Shown in pieces: positions 48,577 to 59,400 of a stretch of DNA of 64,000 nucleotides. The stretch's first letter is position 1. The number at the start of each line of letters is the position of its first letter. The notes under the pieces are model-generated. The model was not told the origin of the DNA. It did not search any database and saw only the letters and a list, made by a program, of their open reading frames with translations. The position numbers and the translations under genes were made by a program. The stretch comes from Hyphococcus sp. (GTDB lineage Bacteria; Pseudomonadota; Alphaproteobacteria; Caulobacterales; Parvularculaceae): the NCBI GenBank assembly GCA_028289605.1, contig JANQON010000004.1, positions 74,547 through 138,546 of the forward strand. Reading direction: 5' to 3'.

Positions 48577-49050
48577 CTACATGGCCATCAGAGATTCCTG
48601 AAACGTCATGTAAGCAGGGCCAAGCGCTCGATACACCGCCTGTGAGCGCTCAATAACATCGGCCGGAGCGACCCCGTTAAAGTAAGCCGCCGCCGCGATC
48701 ACAAAGAGCATTAGGCCAAGAACGCGGGCAATTCCTTTGCCGGCGGTGAGAAACAACGCCGCCGCGCCGATGACTTGAAGAACCCCGGTCATGTTGCCGG
48801 CGACCAGTTGCGCGCCAAGCGCATGCGTCGACCCTGCCGCAAAGACATCCGCTAAACTGCTGGAAACCGCAGAACCTGAGAACTGCGTTGCCCCGGCGAG
48901 CGTCAGAAGTCCGGCGCATGCGCCCTGCGTTGTATTTTTTGCAAACCGCATGGGCGCAGCCATGGCTCCCATCCGAGGCGCTATCGGTCCGGTGTTTTGC
49001 GGCGGGCTTTCCAGAATCGCGCCGTTTGAGATGATGGCTGTTTCCGACAT
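48577..49050 (-). CDS. hypothetical small membrane protein, paralog B
   Basis: 157 aa with RBS GGAGAG upstream. It shares TTQGACAGLLTLAGAT and IARVLGLMLFVIAAAAYFNG blocks with paralog A. Confidence 0.6.
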   Translation of the reverse strand: MSETAIISNGAILESPPQNTGPIAPRMGAMAAPMRFAKNTTQGACAGLLTLAGATQFSGSAVSSSLADVFAAGSTHALGAQLVAGNMTGVLQVIGAAALFLTAGKGIARVLGLMLFVIAAAAYFNGVAPADVIERSQAVYRALGPAYMTFQESLMAM

Positions 49051-49167
49051 TGTTCTCTCCGATCATTGCTTATTGCGATGAAAGGAGTTTGTTACCGTTT
49101 GGTCCGAAAAGAAAATGACAAACGCCTGACGGCGGATCACGGTTTCAGGAAATCCTCGTGAAACGCC

Positions 49168-49668
49168 TCAGGCGTCCCAGTACCGCTTTGTCGCGTCGTA
49201 GGATTTCTTGATGACTTTTTCCAAAACCTTGAGGTCGACGTCTTCGAGCTTGTTTACGTAAAGACACGCACGACCGCGCTTATACTTGCCCAATTTACCC
49301 AGAAGCGGATCATCGTCTTTCAAGGATCCAAGCACGTAGAGGACAGTATTCGCCTTCCTGGGGCTGAACCCGACGAGCATGAAGTCTCCCTCGCGCCCGC
49401 TGTCATATTTGTAGTGATACTGGCCGAACCCGATTATCGACGGTCCCCACATGACCGGTTTGTCGCCGGTGACTTTCTTCATCAGCGCCAGCAATGTATT
49501 GGCGTCTTTTCTGCGCGTGTCATTCTCAACGGCGGCGATATACTTGGCCACGCTCGCCCTGTTTGGCGTCGTCACCATGTCTGTTTTCTTAGTCGAGTTT
49601 TTTTTGGCGGCCGCCTTCTTCGTTGGCGCCTTGCGCTTTTTGACGGATCCTTTTCGGGCCGCGGTCAC
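49168..49668 (-). CDS. DUF1801 (YdhG-like) domain protein with Lys/Ala-rich N-terminal tail
   Basis: The core VAKYIAAVENDTRRKDANTLLALMKKVTGDKPVMWGPSIIGFG..Y.Y is DUF1801-like. The long form overlaps the MFS stop by 4 nt. An alternative start is at 49578 (MVTTPN). Confidence 0.7.
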   Translation of the reverse strand: MTAARKGSVKKRKAPTKKAAAKKNSTKKTDMVTTPNRASVAKYIAAVENDTRRKDANTLLALMKKVTGDKPVMWGPSIIGFGQYHYKYDSGREGDFMLVGFSPRKANTVLYVLGSLKDDDPLLGKLGKYKRGRACLYVNKLEDVDLKVLEKVIKKSYDATKRYWDA

Positions 49669-51092
49669 GGCTTCTCCCCCGTCGCCTTAGCCCAGTCCTC
49701 AGGCAGCACACGCGTCAAATAGTAAAATCCGCCAATTGATACGATACCAGCCAAAATCACCGAAGACAGGGCAATGCGCAGTCCCATTGCTGATCCCAGA
49801 TTGAATTGATTGGCGAAGATGTCGCTCACAATACCCACATAGGTTGACCCGAATCCCAGCGCGATGAAGTTGATGATGAAGAAGAAGATCGCGGTGGACA
49901 GCGCGCGGATCGACACCGGCGCAAGCGTTTGCGCCAGAGCAAAGCACGGCCCCAGGTAAAATCCGGTCAGCATGTGAGACGGCCACCAAAGCAGCAGCGA
50001 CAGCCACGGATTGCCGACCCACATCGCGCCAAGAAAGAACGGAACGTTTAACGCTAACGCGACGACCGGCACCCAGCCATAGGCCGCCTTGTTTTTCATC
50101 GCGAGGCGATCAACCAAATTTCCGCCGACCAATACCCCGAGAACATAGGCCGTACCGTTAATCACGCCGAGCCAGGCCAGCAGGGTTCCCAGCGGCAGAT
50201 CCGGGTGAGACCTCAAGAAAAAACTGACGATAAAAGCGGCCGTCGCGTAAGATGCAAAAGAGCCCGCGGTTAGTCCGATGACGATAGCGCGGTAACTTGG
50301 TATCGACAGGAGGTGTTTGGCGGCGCGCCACAGCACAGCCAACTCATTGAAGGCGCCGGCTTGCGATTTCTTCGGCATGATGCGCGTGACGCCGAAGAGC
50401 ACGCGTTCAAAAAAACTCTCAGGCTTTTCAGCTTTCATGGCGCTGAAATCGTCGCCTTTCGACGCGTCTTCTTCGGCGCCGCCGCGTGCAGGTTCCTTGA
50501 TTGTCAACTTGACAATAACAGCTAGCAAAACGCCCGGTACGCCAAGCGCAATGAAGGTGGCTCGCCAACCGAATCTCGACAGGCCGTATGCGGTAGCGAA
50601 ATAAGCGAGCGTGACGCCGATTGGGATTCCGAGGGCGAACACCGCAAGCGCGCCGGCCCGCTTTTCCTTGGGATACAGATCGGAAATGAGCGAATGGGAC
50701 GGCGGCGTCCCTCCCGCTTCGCCGATGCCGACGCCAACGCGCGCTAAGGCCAAATGCGTAAAATTCTGGGCGAAGCCCGCCAAGGCGGTGAAGCCGGACC
50801 AGCAGGCAAGCGAGATCGAAACGATGTTTACACGGTTCCAGCGATCAGCCAGTCGCGCAATGGGAATTCCCAACGTCGTGTAGAGGAGTGCGAACGCAAA
50901 TCCCGTCAGAATGCCAAGCTGCGTATCGGATAGGCCCATGTCGGCCTTAATCGGCTCGGCCATGATGCCCATAATCTGTCGATCGAGAAAATTGAACGTG
51001 TAAACCGCCGTCAACATGCACAGAACGTAAAGCCGGTACGCTCGGGCAGATTCGGTTTTGGCTGTCGGCGCGCCAGCGCTCGCCTCGCTCAT
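49665..51092 (-). CDS. MFS transporter (spinster-like)
   Basis: 475 aa, about 12 TM segments, with FNFLDRQIMGIMAEPIKADMGLSDTQLG and LADRWNR motifs. Confidence 0.85.
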   Translation of the reverse strand: MSEASAGAPTAKTESARAYRLYVLCMLTAVYTFNFLDRQIMGIMAEPIKADMGLSDTQLGILTGFAFALLYTTLGIPIARLADRWNRVNIVSISLACWSGFTALAGFAQNFTHLALARVGVGIGEAGGTPPSHSLISDLYPKEKRAGALAVFALGIPIGVTLAYFATAYGLSRFGWRATFIALGVPGVLLAVIVKLTIKEPARGGAEEDASKGDDFSAMKAEKPESFFERVLFGVTRIMPKKSQAGAFNELAVLWRAAKHLLSIPSYRAIVIGLTAGSFASYATAAFIVSFFLRSHPDLPLGTLLAWLGVINGTAYVLGVLVGGNLVDRLAMKNKAAYGWVPVVALALNVPFFLGAMWVGNPWLSLLLWWPSHMLTGFYLGPCFALAQTLAPVSIRALSTAIFFFIINFIALGFGSTYVGIVSDIFANQFNLGSAMGLRIALSSVILAGIVSIGGFYYLTRVLPEDWAKATGEKP

Positions 51093-51406
51093 AGCCGAAA
51101 ACCGCTAACGCAGGAAACGCCGGACCGGCCGATCGCGGCGACCGCGCGTGGGTTGTCAATCTGCATCAGCGATCGGATTGCTGCGAAAGTCGAATCCGCG
51201 CGCGCCAGTTGCAGCGTATAGCGGGCCAGGTCCTGCAGGTCCTCAGAGGACAACCGCTGTTCCAGCTCGTCGACCATGCAGTCCGCCGTACCGTCCGGGA
51301 TCCCGATGGCGCGAAAACGATCCTGCAGCGTGTATCGCGCCGCTGTGGCGCAAGAAGCCAACATGACCGTCGCTGCAAGCGCGATCATCGATTTGTGCAA
51401 TATCAT
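51089..51406 (-). CDS. hypothetical small lipoprotein
   Basis: From MILHKSMIALAATVMLASCATAA (lipobox). The stop overlaps the MFS start by 4 nt. Confidence 0.55.
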   Translation of the reverse strand: MILHKSMIALAATVMLASCATAARYTLQDRFRAIGIPDGTADCMVDELEQRLSSEDLQDLARYTLQLARADSTFAAIRSLMQIDNPRAVAAIGRSGVSCVSGFRL

Positions 51407-51503
51407 CAAATTCTCCCTTGGGCGTCTGCACCGGCGCATTTATTCTTTTGAATACAATGCGTAAGATACGCGAATTCTGCAAGCGATAAGGATGCGCGCC
51501 CAA

Positions 51504-52502
51504 ATGAAAGCGATGATGAGCCATGAGCCCGGCGGTCCGGAGACCCTGAAAATGACGGAGGTCGACACGCCTGACCCGGGACCGGGGGAAATCCGGATCG
51601 CCGTCCAAGCGGCGGGCGTGAATTTTCCGGATACATTGATCATTCGCGACCTTTATCAATTCAAGCCGCCTCGCCCATTCGCACCCGGCGGTGAAGTCGC
51701 CGGCGTGGTTGAAGCGCTGGGCGACAATGTTTCAGGTTTTGCGGTCGGCGACCGCGTGATGGCCGGCGGCGTCAATGGCGGATTTGCAACGCATTTCATC
51801 GCCGAAGCCAGCCGAGCGAACAAGCTGCCGGACAACATGCCGTTCGATGAGGCGGCTGGTTTCATGCTGACCTACGGCACGTCGCACTACGCGTTGCGGG
51901 ATCGCGCCAACATTCAATCCGGAGAATCCCTGTTCATTCTCGGGGCTGCCGGAGGCGTCGGCGCGGCCGCAATCGAACTCGGCAAGGCTATGGGCGCCAA
52001 AGTCGTAGCCGGCGTATCGTCCGAAGAAAAAGCCGCTTTTTGCAGGGAGCTCGGCGCCGACGAGACAATTGTCTATCCGACCGGCGAAATGGACCGAGCG
52101 GCGCAGAAAGCGCTGTCCAATGAGATCAAAGCGAAATCCGGCGGCGAAGGCGCTAATGTCGTCTATGATGCTGTGGGCGGCGACTATGCCGAACCCTCAG
52201 TTCGGGCCCTGGCTTGGGAAGGACGGTATCTCGTTATCGGCTTTCCCGCCGGCATTCCCAAGATTCCTCTGAATCTGACGCTACTGAAGAGCTGCCAAAT
52301 CGTTGGCGTCTTTTGGGGCGCCTTTACAATGCGCGATCCGGCGAAAAACGCGGAATACGTCAAAGAGCTTTTCGCGTTCTATACCGATGGAAAAATTCGC
52401 CCGCGCATAACCGCATCGTTTCCGCTGGAAAGCGCTGCTGAGGCCTTGAATCTGATGATGGATCGAAAGGTGCTCGGCAAAGTCGTATTGACGATCAAAT
52501 AG
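51504..52502 (+). CDS. NADPH:quinone oxidoreductase (zinc-type alcohol dehydrogenase superfamily)
   Basis: MKAMMSHEPGGPETLKMTEVDTPDPGPGEIRIAVQAAGVNFPD plus the GAAGGVG nucleotide motif. The AAGGA RBS favours ATG 51504 over 51492. Confidence 0.85.
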   Translation: MKAMMSHEPGGPETLKMTEVDTPDPGPGEIRIAVQAAGVNFPDTLIIRDLYQFKPPRPFAPGGEVAGVVEALGDNVSGFAVGDRVMAGGVNGGFATHFIAEASRANKLPDNMPFDEAAGFMLTYGTSHYALRDRANIQSGESLFILGAAGGVGAAAIELGKAMGAKVVAGVSSEEKAAFCRELGADETIVYPTGEMDRAAQKALSNEIKAKSGGEGANVVYDAVGGDYAEPSVRALAWEGRYLVIGFPAGIPKIPLNLTLLKSCQIVGVFWGAFTMRDPAKNAEYVKELFAFYTDGKIRPRITASFPLESAAEALNLMMDRKVLGKVVLTIK

Positions 52503-52507
52503 CGCCA

Positions 52508-53038
52508 TTGAAAACGTTAGCGCTCCTTCGGCATGCAAAGTCAGCTTCGGCGAGACCGGGGCAAAGTGACTTCGACCGTTCCCTGAACGATCGCGGGCGC
52601 AGGGATGCGCGCACGACGGGCGCCTACATTCGCAAATTCGGCTTCGCGCCTGACGTTGTTTTGTGTTCGCCTGCGTCACGCACACGCGAGACATGGAAAA
52701 TCATCAGATCCTACGACGCCGGCGCGCCAATCGTCTCGAAGCCTGAAGTATTGTACCTGCCGACGGCGGACGTTCTCTTTGCAGAATTGCGCAAAACGCC
52801 GGAAAATGCTCAATCCGTGCTTCTGATCGGTCACAACCCCAGCCTTCATCAATTGGCGCTATCGCTCGCAGATGCGGAAAAGTCTGATCGGGGCGCGCTG
52901 GCCGGCGCGGCAGCCAAGTTCCCAACCGCGACATTGGCGCTGTTTGAGTTGCGCTGCAAAAACTGGCGGGAAATGCGGCCGGGCTGCGGCGCACTCACGA
53001 CGTTTTTTGTTCCCAGAGAAGACGCAAAGAGCCCCTGA
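52508..53038 (+). CDS. histidine phosphatase family protein (SixA-like)
   Basis: TTG start. LALLRHAKS (the RHG-type motif), SPASRTRETW and GHNPSL are present. Confidence 0.75.
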   Translation: MKTLALLRHAKSASARPGQSDFDRSLNDRGRRDARTTGAYIRKFGFAPDVVLCSPASRTRETWKIIRSYDAGAPIVSKPEVLYLPTADVLFAELRKTPENAQSVLLIGHNPSLHQLALSLADAEKSDRGALAGAAAKFPTATLALFELRCKNWREMRPGCGALTTFFVPREDAKSP

Positions 53039-53102
53039 CAGGTTTTCCCGGCGCCCAAACTGCGCTTTGTTAGAGCGGCGGATTACCGGGTGACAAAAAA
53101 AC

Positions 53103-54155
53103 ATGGCCGAAAAACTGGTCGACGTCGTCCCGCCGGGCGACCACCACGAGACTGACGTCATCATTATCGGTGCTGGCCCTGTTGGCCTGTTCGCTGTGTT
53201 TGAACTTGGATTGTTGGGGATAAAGGCGCGGATCATCGATATTCTCGACCATCCGGGAGGCCAGTGCATTGAGCTTTACCCGGAAAAGCCAATCCTCGAC
53301 ATTCCAGCCATCAAATCGATCACCGGCGAACAGTTGACCAAGCAGCTCCTCGATCAAATCCAGCCATTTGAACCAGCGTTCCATCTCAACGAAATGGCGA
53401 CCGAACTGGACCGGACTGACGACGGAAAGTGGCGGATTAAGACGGACATGGGCACAACGATTTCGGCGCCCGCGGTATGCATCGCAGCCGGCGGCGGCTC
53501 TTTTCAACCCAAGAAACCGCCTATTCCGGGCGTTGAACGCTTTGAAGGACAGTCGGTTTTTTACGCAGTCCGGCAACGTGAGGTATTCCGTGACAAGACG
53601 ATCCTTGTCGCAGGCGGCGGGGATTCGGCCCTCGATTGGACGTTAAATCTCGAACCGATCGCTAAGAAAATCGACCTCATTCACCGCCGGCCCGATTTTC
53701 GCGCAGCGCCCGACAGCGTCGAGAAAATGGAAGCTCTTGTCAGCGAGGGACGCATCAATCTCCATATTGCGCAGATCAAAGAACTGATAGGTGAAGACGG
53801 TCAAATTGACAGCGTCGTCGCGGAAACAAAGGAAGGCGAACACCTCAACATTCAGTGCGACACCATGCTGGCCTTTTACGGCCTCACCATGAAACTGGGG
53901 CCAATTGCAGAGTTCGGACTGAACCTCAAAGAAAACCGCATCGCGGTCGATACTGAAAAGTTAGAGACGTCAGTTCCCGGTGTCTTTTGCATCGGAGACA
54001 TGGCATTCTATCCAGGCAAGTTGAAGCTGATCCTGTCCGGATTCCACGAAGCTGCGCTGATGGCGCATGCGGCGTTTCACTATGTATTCCCTGGCAAGAA
54101 ACTGAAATTTCAACACTCGACATCTGCAAAGTCTCTCCAGGCGAAGATAAACTGA
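53103..54155 (+). CDS. ferredoxin--NADP(+) reductase, thioredoxin-reductase-like type
   Basis: DVIIIGAGPVGLFAVFELGLLGIKARIIDILDHPGGQCIELYPEKPILDIPA is nearly canonical for this family. Confidence 0.88.
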   Translation: MAEKLVDVVPPGDHHETDVIIIGAGPVGLFAVFELGLLGIKARIIDILDHPGGQCIELYPEKPILDIPAIKSITGEQLTKQLLDQIQPFEPAFHLNEMATELDRTDDGKWRIKTDMGTTISAPAVCIAAGGGSFQPKKPPIPGVERFEGQSVFYAVRQREVFRDKTILVAGGGDSALDWTLNLEPIAKKIDLIHRRPDFRAAPDSVEKMEALVSEGRINLHIAQIKELIGEDGQIDSVVAETKEGEHLNIQCDTMLAFYGLTMKLGPIAEFGLNLKENRIAVDTEKLETSVPGVFCIGDMAFYPGKLKLILSGFHEAALMAHAAFHYVFPGKKLKFQHSTSAKSLQAKIN

Positions 54156-54161
54156 AGCGTC

Positions 54162-56246
54162 ATGCGACCTTCGATCTTAAACCCGCTTTTTGCGGACATC
54201 ACGGCGCTGCCGGGCGTCGGACCAAAACTCGCGACGCTCATCGGGCGCGCTGCGGGTTCACGGGTTGTCGACCTGATATTCACAGCGCCGATCAGCCTTG
54301 TGGACCGTTCCTATCGTCCAACGCTGGCGGAAGCAGAAAACGGCCGCCTTGCAACCGTCAAGATTGTTGTCGACCGTCATGACCCTCCGCCAAAGGGACG
54401 CAAGCTGCCGTACAAAGTCATATGTTCGGACTCCACCGGCTGGGCGACGCTCGTCTTCTTTCATGCCCGAGCCGACTACCTGTTGAAGGCGTTGCCCGAA
54501 GGCCAAGTGCGTATCGTCAGCGGCAAAATCGAAGAGTACAAAGGCGCGAAGCAAATGACGCATCCGGATTATATTCTTGATCCGGAAAACGAAGGCGCTA
54601 TGCCTTTGTATGAGCCTGTCTACCCTTTGACTGCCGGCCTGACAGCCAATGTCATGCGCAGAGCAACGGCTGAGGCGCTTAAACGGGCGCCGACGCTTGT
54701 CGAATGGTTGGATTCCGCTCACCGGCGGCAAGAGAAATGGCAGAGCTGGAACGAGGCTCTCGCCGACCTTCACGCACCCGCCGGCGCGAACGATTTGTCG
54801 CTTCATTCCAGTGCGCGGTGTCGACTGGCGTATGACGAATTGCTTGCAAATCAGCTGGCGCTGCTCCTCATCCGCCGCGCTCGCGGCAAAGCGCGCGGAC
54901 TGGCGATAAAGGGAGACGGCGCAATGCGCCGCAAGGCGCTGCTTGCCCTGCCATTCAAACTGACCAGCGCGCAAAAAGGCGCCCTGCGCGAAGTCAGCGA
55001 AGACATGGGGTCTGCTGACCGTATGGTCCGGCTCATTCAAGGCGATGTGGGCTCAGGCAAAACCATCGTCGCCTTTCTCGCGATGCTTGCCGCTGTGGAG
55101 GCGGGGCGTCAAGCGGCGCTCATGGCGCCGACGGAAATTCTGGCAAGACAACACCTTGAGTCGTTGGCGCCGCTTGCAAAGGCCGCGGGCGCGCGCCTGG
55201 AGATCCTCACCGGCAGAGACAAGCGCGCAGCGCGCGATGATAAGCTCGCCCGACTGGCGAATGGCGCCATCGACATCCTGATAGGCACCCATGCAATCTT
55301 TCAGGAAAGCATTGCTTTCAAGGCATTAGCGTTTGTCGTCATTGATGAACAACACCGGTTCGGGGTGCACCAACGCATGTCGCTGACGCAAAAAGGGCCG
55401 CGTCCGGACTTGCTTGTGATGACGGCGACGCCGATTCCCCGCACGCTGGCGCTGACCGCTTATGGCGACATGGACGTATCCCAAATCACTGAAAAGCCGC
55501 CGGGACGCAAACCCGTTGACACCCGCGCCGTGCCGCTGGATCGCCTTGACGATGTCGTGCAAGGTCTGCGACGCACCGTTGCGAAAGGCGAACAGGCGTA
55601 TTGGGTGTGCCCGCTGGTTGAAGAATCGGAACTTGTCGAACTCACCGCCGCCGAAGACCGGTTTGAGCATCTCAAGTCCGAATTCGGCGACCGCGTCGGC
55701 ATTGTCCATGGTCGGATGAAGGCCGATGAAAAAGACGCCGTCATGGAGCGCTTTCACAACGGCGAAATCTCAGTCTTGATCGCAACGACGGTCATTGAGG
55801 TCGGCGTCAACGCGCCCAACGCAACCATAATGATCATTGAGCATGCCGAGCGTTTCGGTTTGGCGCAGCTGCATCAGCTGCGCGGCCGCGTCGGCCGCGG
55901 CGACAAACCTTCGTCATGCATATTGCTCTACAGACCGCCGCTGGGCGAAACCGCGACAGCGCGTCTTAAAATTCTCCGCGACACTGAAGACGGCTTCCTC
56001 ATCGCGGAGGAAGACTTGCGCTTACGCGGCGCCGGGGACGTGCTCGGCGCCGCGCAATCGGGTTTTCCAAAGTTTCGGATCGCAGACGTAACCGCGCATG
56101 GCGACCTTCTTGCTGCGGCGAGGGACGATGCAAAAATGATGGTCGAGAAAGACCCGAATCTCAGCACCGATCGCGGCGAAGCGCTGAGAACGCTGCTTTA
56201 TCTGTTCAGCCGGGACGACGCTGCGAAACTGCTGGCCGCGGGATAA
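54162..56246 (+). CDS. recG: ATP-dependent DNA helicase RecG
   Basis: 694 aa with a wedge domain, Walker A GDVGSGKT, a DEQH box and the QLRGRVGRG motif VI. Confidence 0.95.
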   Translation: MRPSILNPLFADITALPGVGPKLATLIGRAAGSRVVDLIFTAPISLVDRSYRPTLAEAENGRLATVKIVVDRHDPPPKGRKLPYKVICSDSTGWATLVFFHARADYLLKALPEGQVRIVSGKIEEYKGAKQMTHPDYILDPENEGAMPLYEPVYPLTAGLTANVMRRATAEALKRAPTLVEWLDSAHRRQEKWQSWNEALADLHAPAGANDLSLHSSARCRLAYDELLANQLALLLIRRARGKARGLAIKGDGAMRRKALLALPFKLTSAQKGALREVSEDMGSADRMVRLIQGDVGSGKTIVAFLAMLAAVEAGRQAALMAPTEILARQHLESLAPLAKAAGARLEILTGRDKRAARDDKLARLANGAIDILIGTHAIFQESIAFKALAFVVIDEQHRFGVHQRMSLTQKGPRPDLLVMTATPIPRTLALTAYGDMDVSQITEKPPGRKPVDTRAVPLDRLDDVVQGLRRTVAKGEQAYWVCPLVEESELVELTAAEDRFEHLKSEFGDRVGIVHGRMKADEKDAVMERFHNGEISVLIATTVIEVGVNAPNATIMIIEHAERFGLAQLHQLRGRVGRGDKPSSCILLYRPPLGETATARLKILRDTEDGFLIAEEDLRLRGAGDVLGAAQSGFPKFRIADVTAHGDLLAAARDDAKMMVEKDPNLSTDRGEALRTLLYLFSRDDAAKLLAAG

Positions 56247-56454
56247 AGGCTGGATGGTCAGGCAAACAACTCAAACGGGAATCCCGCCCGGGGAGCGCGT
56301 TGGCTCCATTCGCGGCGAACGCAAGCCTGTCGCCAATATTTCACATAATAAACGCCCCGTATTCGGCCCGGATACTAGCGTCGGCTGAATTATTACAATA
56401 CTCTCATAGTTGTGGGATGAGACGGGCCGCGCGAGTGCGGCCGGGGGAATTCAT

Positions 56455-59400
56455 ATGGAAATCACGCACAAGCACCGGTGCAAAGCCGTTGTCGCCAGTC
56501 TTTCTGTTTTGGCTTTCTGTCTCGAAGCGCACGCCCAACAAGCAGAGCTTCTGAGCCAAACAAGAACGCGCGTTGACGCCAATCCAACGGAAAGCGGTTT
56601 GCTGCTGTCGGCGTCCCCCGAAGCGCGGTTGCGCACATATCTCCAGAACAGGGGCGCCAGCGCCGAAACGCTGCAATCGCTCTCGCCTCAATCGGATTAC
56701 GTCGCCCCAGACGGCAAGCGCTTTGTAAAGCTTGAACAGCGTATCGGCGACATGAGGGTCCATGGCGCCATTTCCAAGGCGGCTTTTGACGAAGAAGGCG
56801 CGCTGATTCACGTCATGGAGAGACTCGCGCCGGCCGAGCTCCCGGTCGCGCCGACATCGATTTCGCCGACAGACGCGGTGCGCGCCGCTATCGATGAGAA
56901 TTTTCCGAACGCTCCCGTGCCGGCGCTCGACGGCACGCAGGGCACGATCAGCACGTTTGCAGCCGATCCTTTCTACTTTCAGCCGCCCAGAGCCGAAAAG
57001 GTCATCGTCGCCCAAGGCGGCGTTCTTGAGGAAGGCTACGCTGTTCTTCTGTGGAGTTCAGACGACAACCTTCTTTATCAGACTATTGTCAACGGCGCCG
57101 GCGAGGTCGTTGAGAATGAGCTGCGAACGTCGAATGATCGGTATACGGTGGTCTCTACGCGAACCGACGGGTTTGGCGTACAGACGCTTCCCGGTCCCGG
57201 GGTCGGCAACGCGCAGTCGCCCGCCGGCTGGTTGGCGGGGCCGCAGCGTTCGATTCAAATTCAGGGAAACAATGTCGACGCCTATCTGGACAGAAACGCC
57301 GACAACGCGCCCGACGCCGGCGGCGTTGCGGTGACCGGAGACGAATTCCTGACGAGCCCCAATTTCGCGCAATCGCCAACGACGCTGCAGAACCAAGAGG
57401 CGTCCGTTCAGACTCTGTTCTATTTAAACAATCAGATCCACGACTATCTGTATCGGTTCGGGTTTGTCGAAGCCGCTGGCAATTTCCAGGAAGATAATTT
57501 CGGGAACGGCGGATTTGGCGGCGACCGTGTCCTCGCCGAGGCTCAGGACGGCGCCGGCCTGAACAACGCAAATTTCGCCACGCCGCCAGACGGATTCAAT
57601 CCGCGAATGCAGATGTTCCTATGGAACAGCACCAATCCCCTGCGCGACGGCACACTCGACGGCGATATTGTCTGGCATGAGTACGGCCACGGTTTGACCT
57701 GGCGCATGGTCGGCGGCATGTCCGGCGACATTCCCGGCGCGGTGGGCGAAGGATTTTCTGATGCGCTGGCGCTCGGATTTTACGACGTCGGCACAGTTCT
57801 CGATCCGAGTGACTTTTATTACAACGATGTGATCGCTGAGTTCTCGACGGATGAGTTGGAGCCCAACCTCATACCCAGGCGCGGCATCAGAAGCTTTGAG
57901 TATCGAATACATCCGGACACGCTCAGCGATTTCAATCCGGCGCGAGGCGTTCATCGAAACGGCGAAATCCTGGCGGCGGCGCTTTATCAGATGCTGCAAA
58001 TTCCGCAACGAACTGTTACGACCACTCCCGAATATCCTCAGGGTATCGTTGTACACGATATCTCGCCAACCATTCGCGACGACTTCTTCAGCGACCTTGT
58101 CGGCGCACTGAATTTCACGCCGCCTTCGCCGAGTTTTATCGACATTCGCGACGCTCTTTTGATGCAAGCGCCGGCGAACCGGGACTGCTACATCTGGGAA
58201 GCGTTCGCGGAAAGAGGCATGGGCGTCGGCGCCCAGATGCAGGCGGGCCAACCGATTGTTGAGTCATTTCAGAAACCGCCGGCGTGCCCGAATATGCCGC
58301 CGGTCGTGGTGTTCAGTGTATACCCGACAACTCCTGAAGTCGGTGAATTGGCCGAATTCAATGTAGAAACCGCATACGACCTTGACGGCCGCATCACTTC
58401 ATATGCGTGGGATTTCGATGACGACGGGGTAACGGATTCAGACAATTCGAGCTTCGCATATTTTTCATATGACGCGCCCGGCACCTATGAGGCGCGCCTT
58501 GAAGTCGTTGACAACGAAGGCGGGATAACGATCGCCACACAGACTATTGAAGTTATAGACAATGGCGGAAATATTCTGCCTACCGCCATTATCGATACGG
58601 ACGTAACAAGCGGAGACGCTCCGCTCACCGTTAATTTTGATGGCTCAAGATCAAACGACCCAGACGGATTCATAACGAACTGGTTGTGGGATATTGTCGG
58701 CGCAGGAGGCGGGTCCGGCCAAACGACAAGCTTGACGTTTTATATTCCTGGCACGTATCGGGTCGTGCTTTCCGTGACAGACAACGGCGGCGCAACAGGC
58801 ACTGCGAGTGTCGACATCACCGTCAATCCTGGGCCGCCCCCGCCGCCGCCGCCGCCCAATGCGCCGCCGGTCGCAGTGATTGCAGCGGACCCGACGTCCG
58901 GTGACGCTCCGTTGACCGTCAATTTCGACGGAACTGGATCGAGCGACAGCGATGGAACCATCGGTCTTTATTTTTGGGATTTCGATGATGACGGCTCCTT
59001 TGACGCGACGGGCGCGACGACAAGCTTCACATATCAGACTGCCGGCTCCTATACCGCACGGCTGAGAGTGAACGACAATGACGGCGCTACAGACGACGCG
59101 ACTGTCGACATCATCGTCGCCGCGCCGCCGCCTCCGCCCCCATCGGGATTCGCCATCGGCGCCGACATTGAAGTCACTATCTCAGACCGTTGGCGCGGCG
59201 AGCCGGGCGCGGGTCAGCGCGGCGACCGGCTGCCCGTGGGAACGCCCGGCGTCATCCTCGCCGGCCCCGCAGACGTTAGCGGCGCCACATGGTGGGAAAT
59301 CCAGACGCCGAACCGTCAGGGCTGGTATCTGGAAGCCAACATGCAGCTGTCGGGTTCGCCCCCGCCCCCACCGCCTCCTCCTCCTCCTCCGCCGCCGCCG

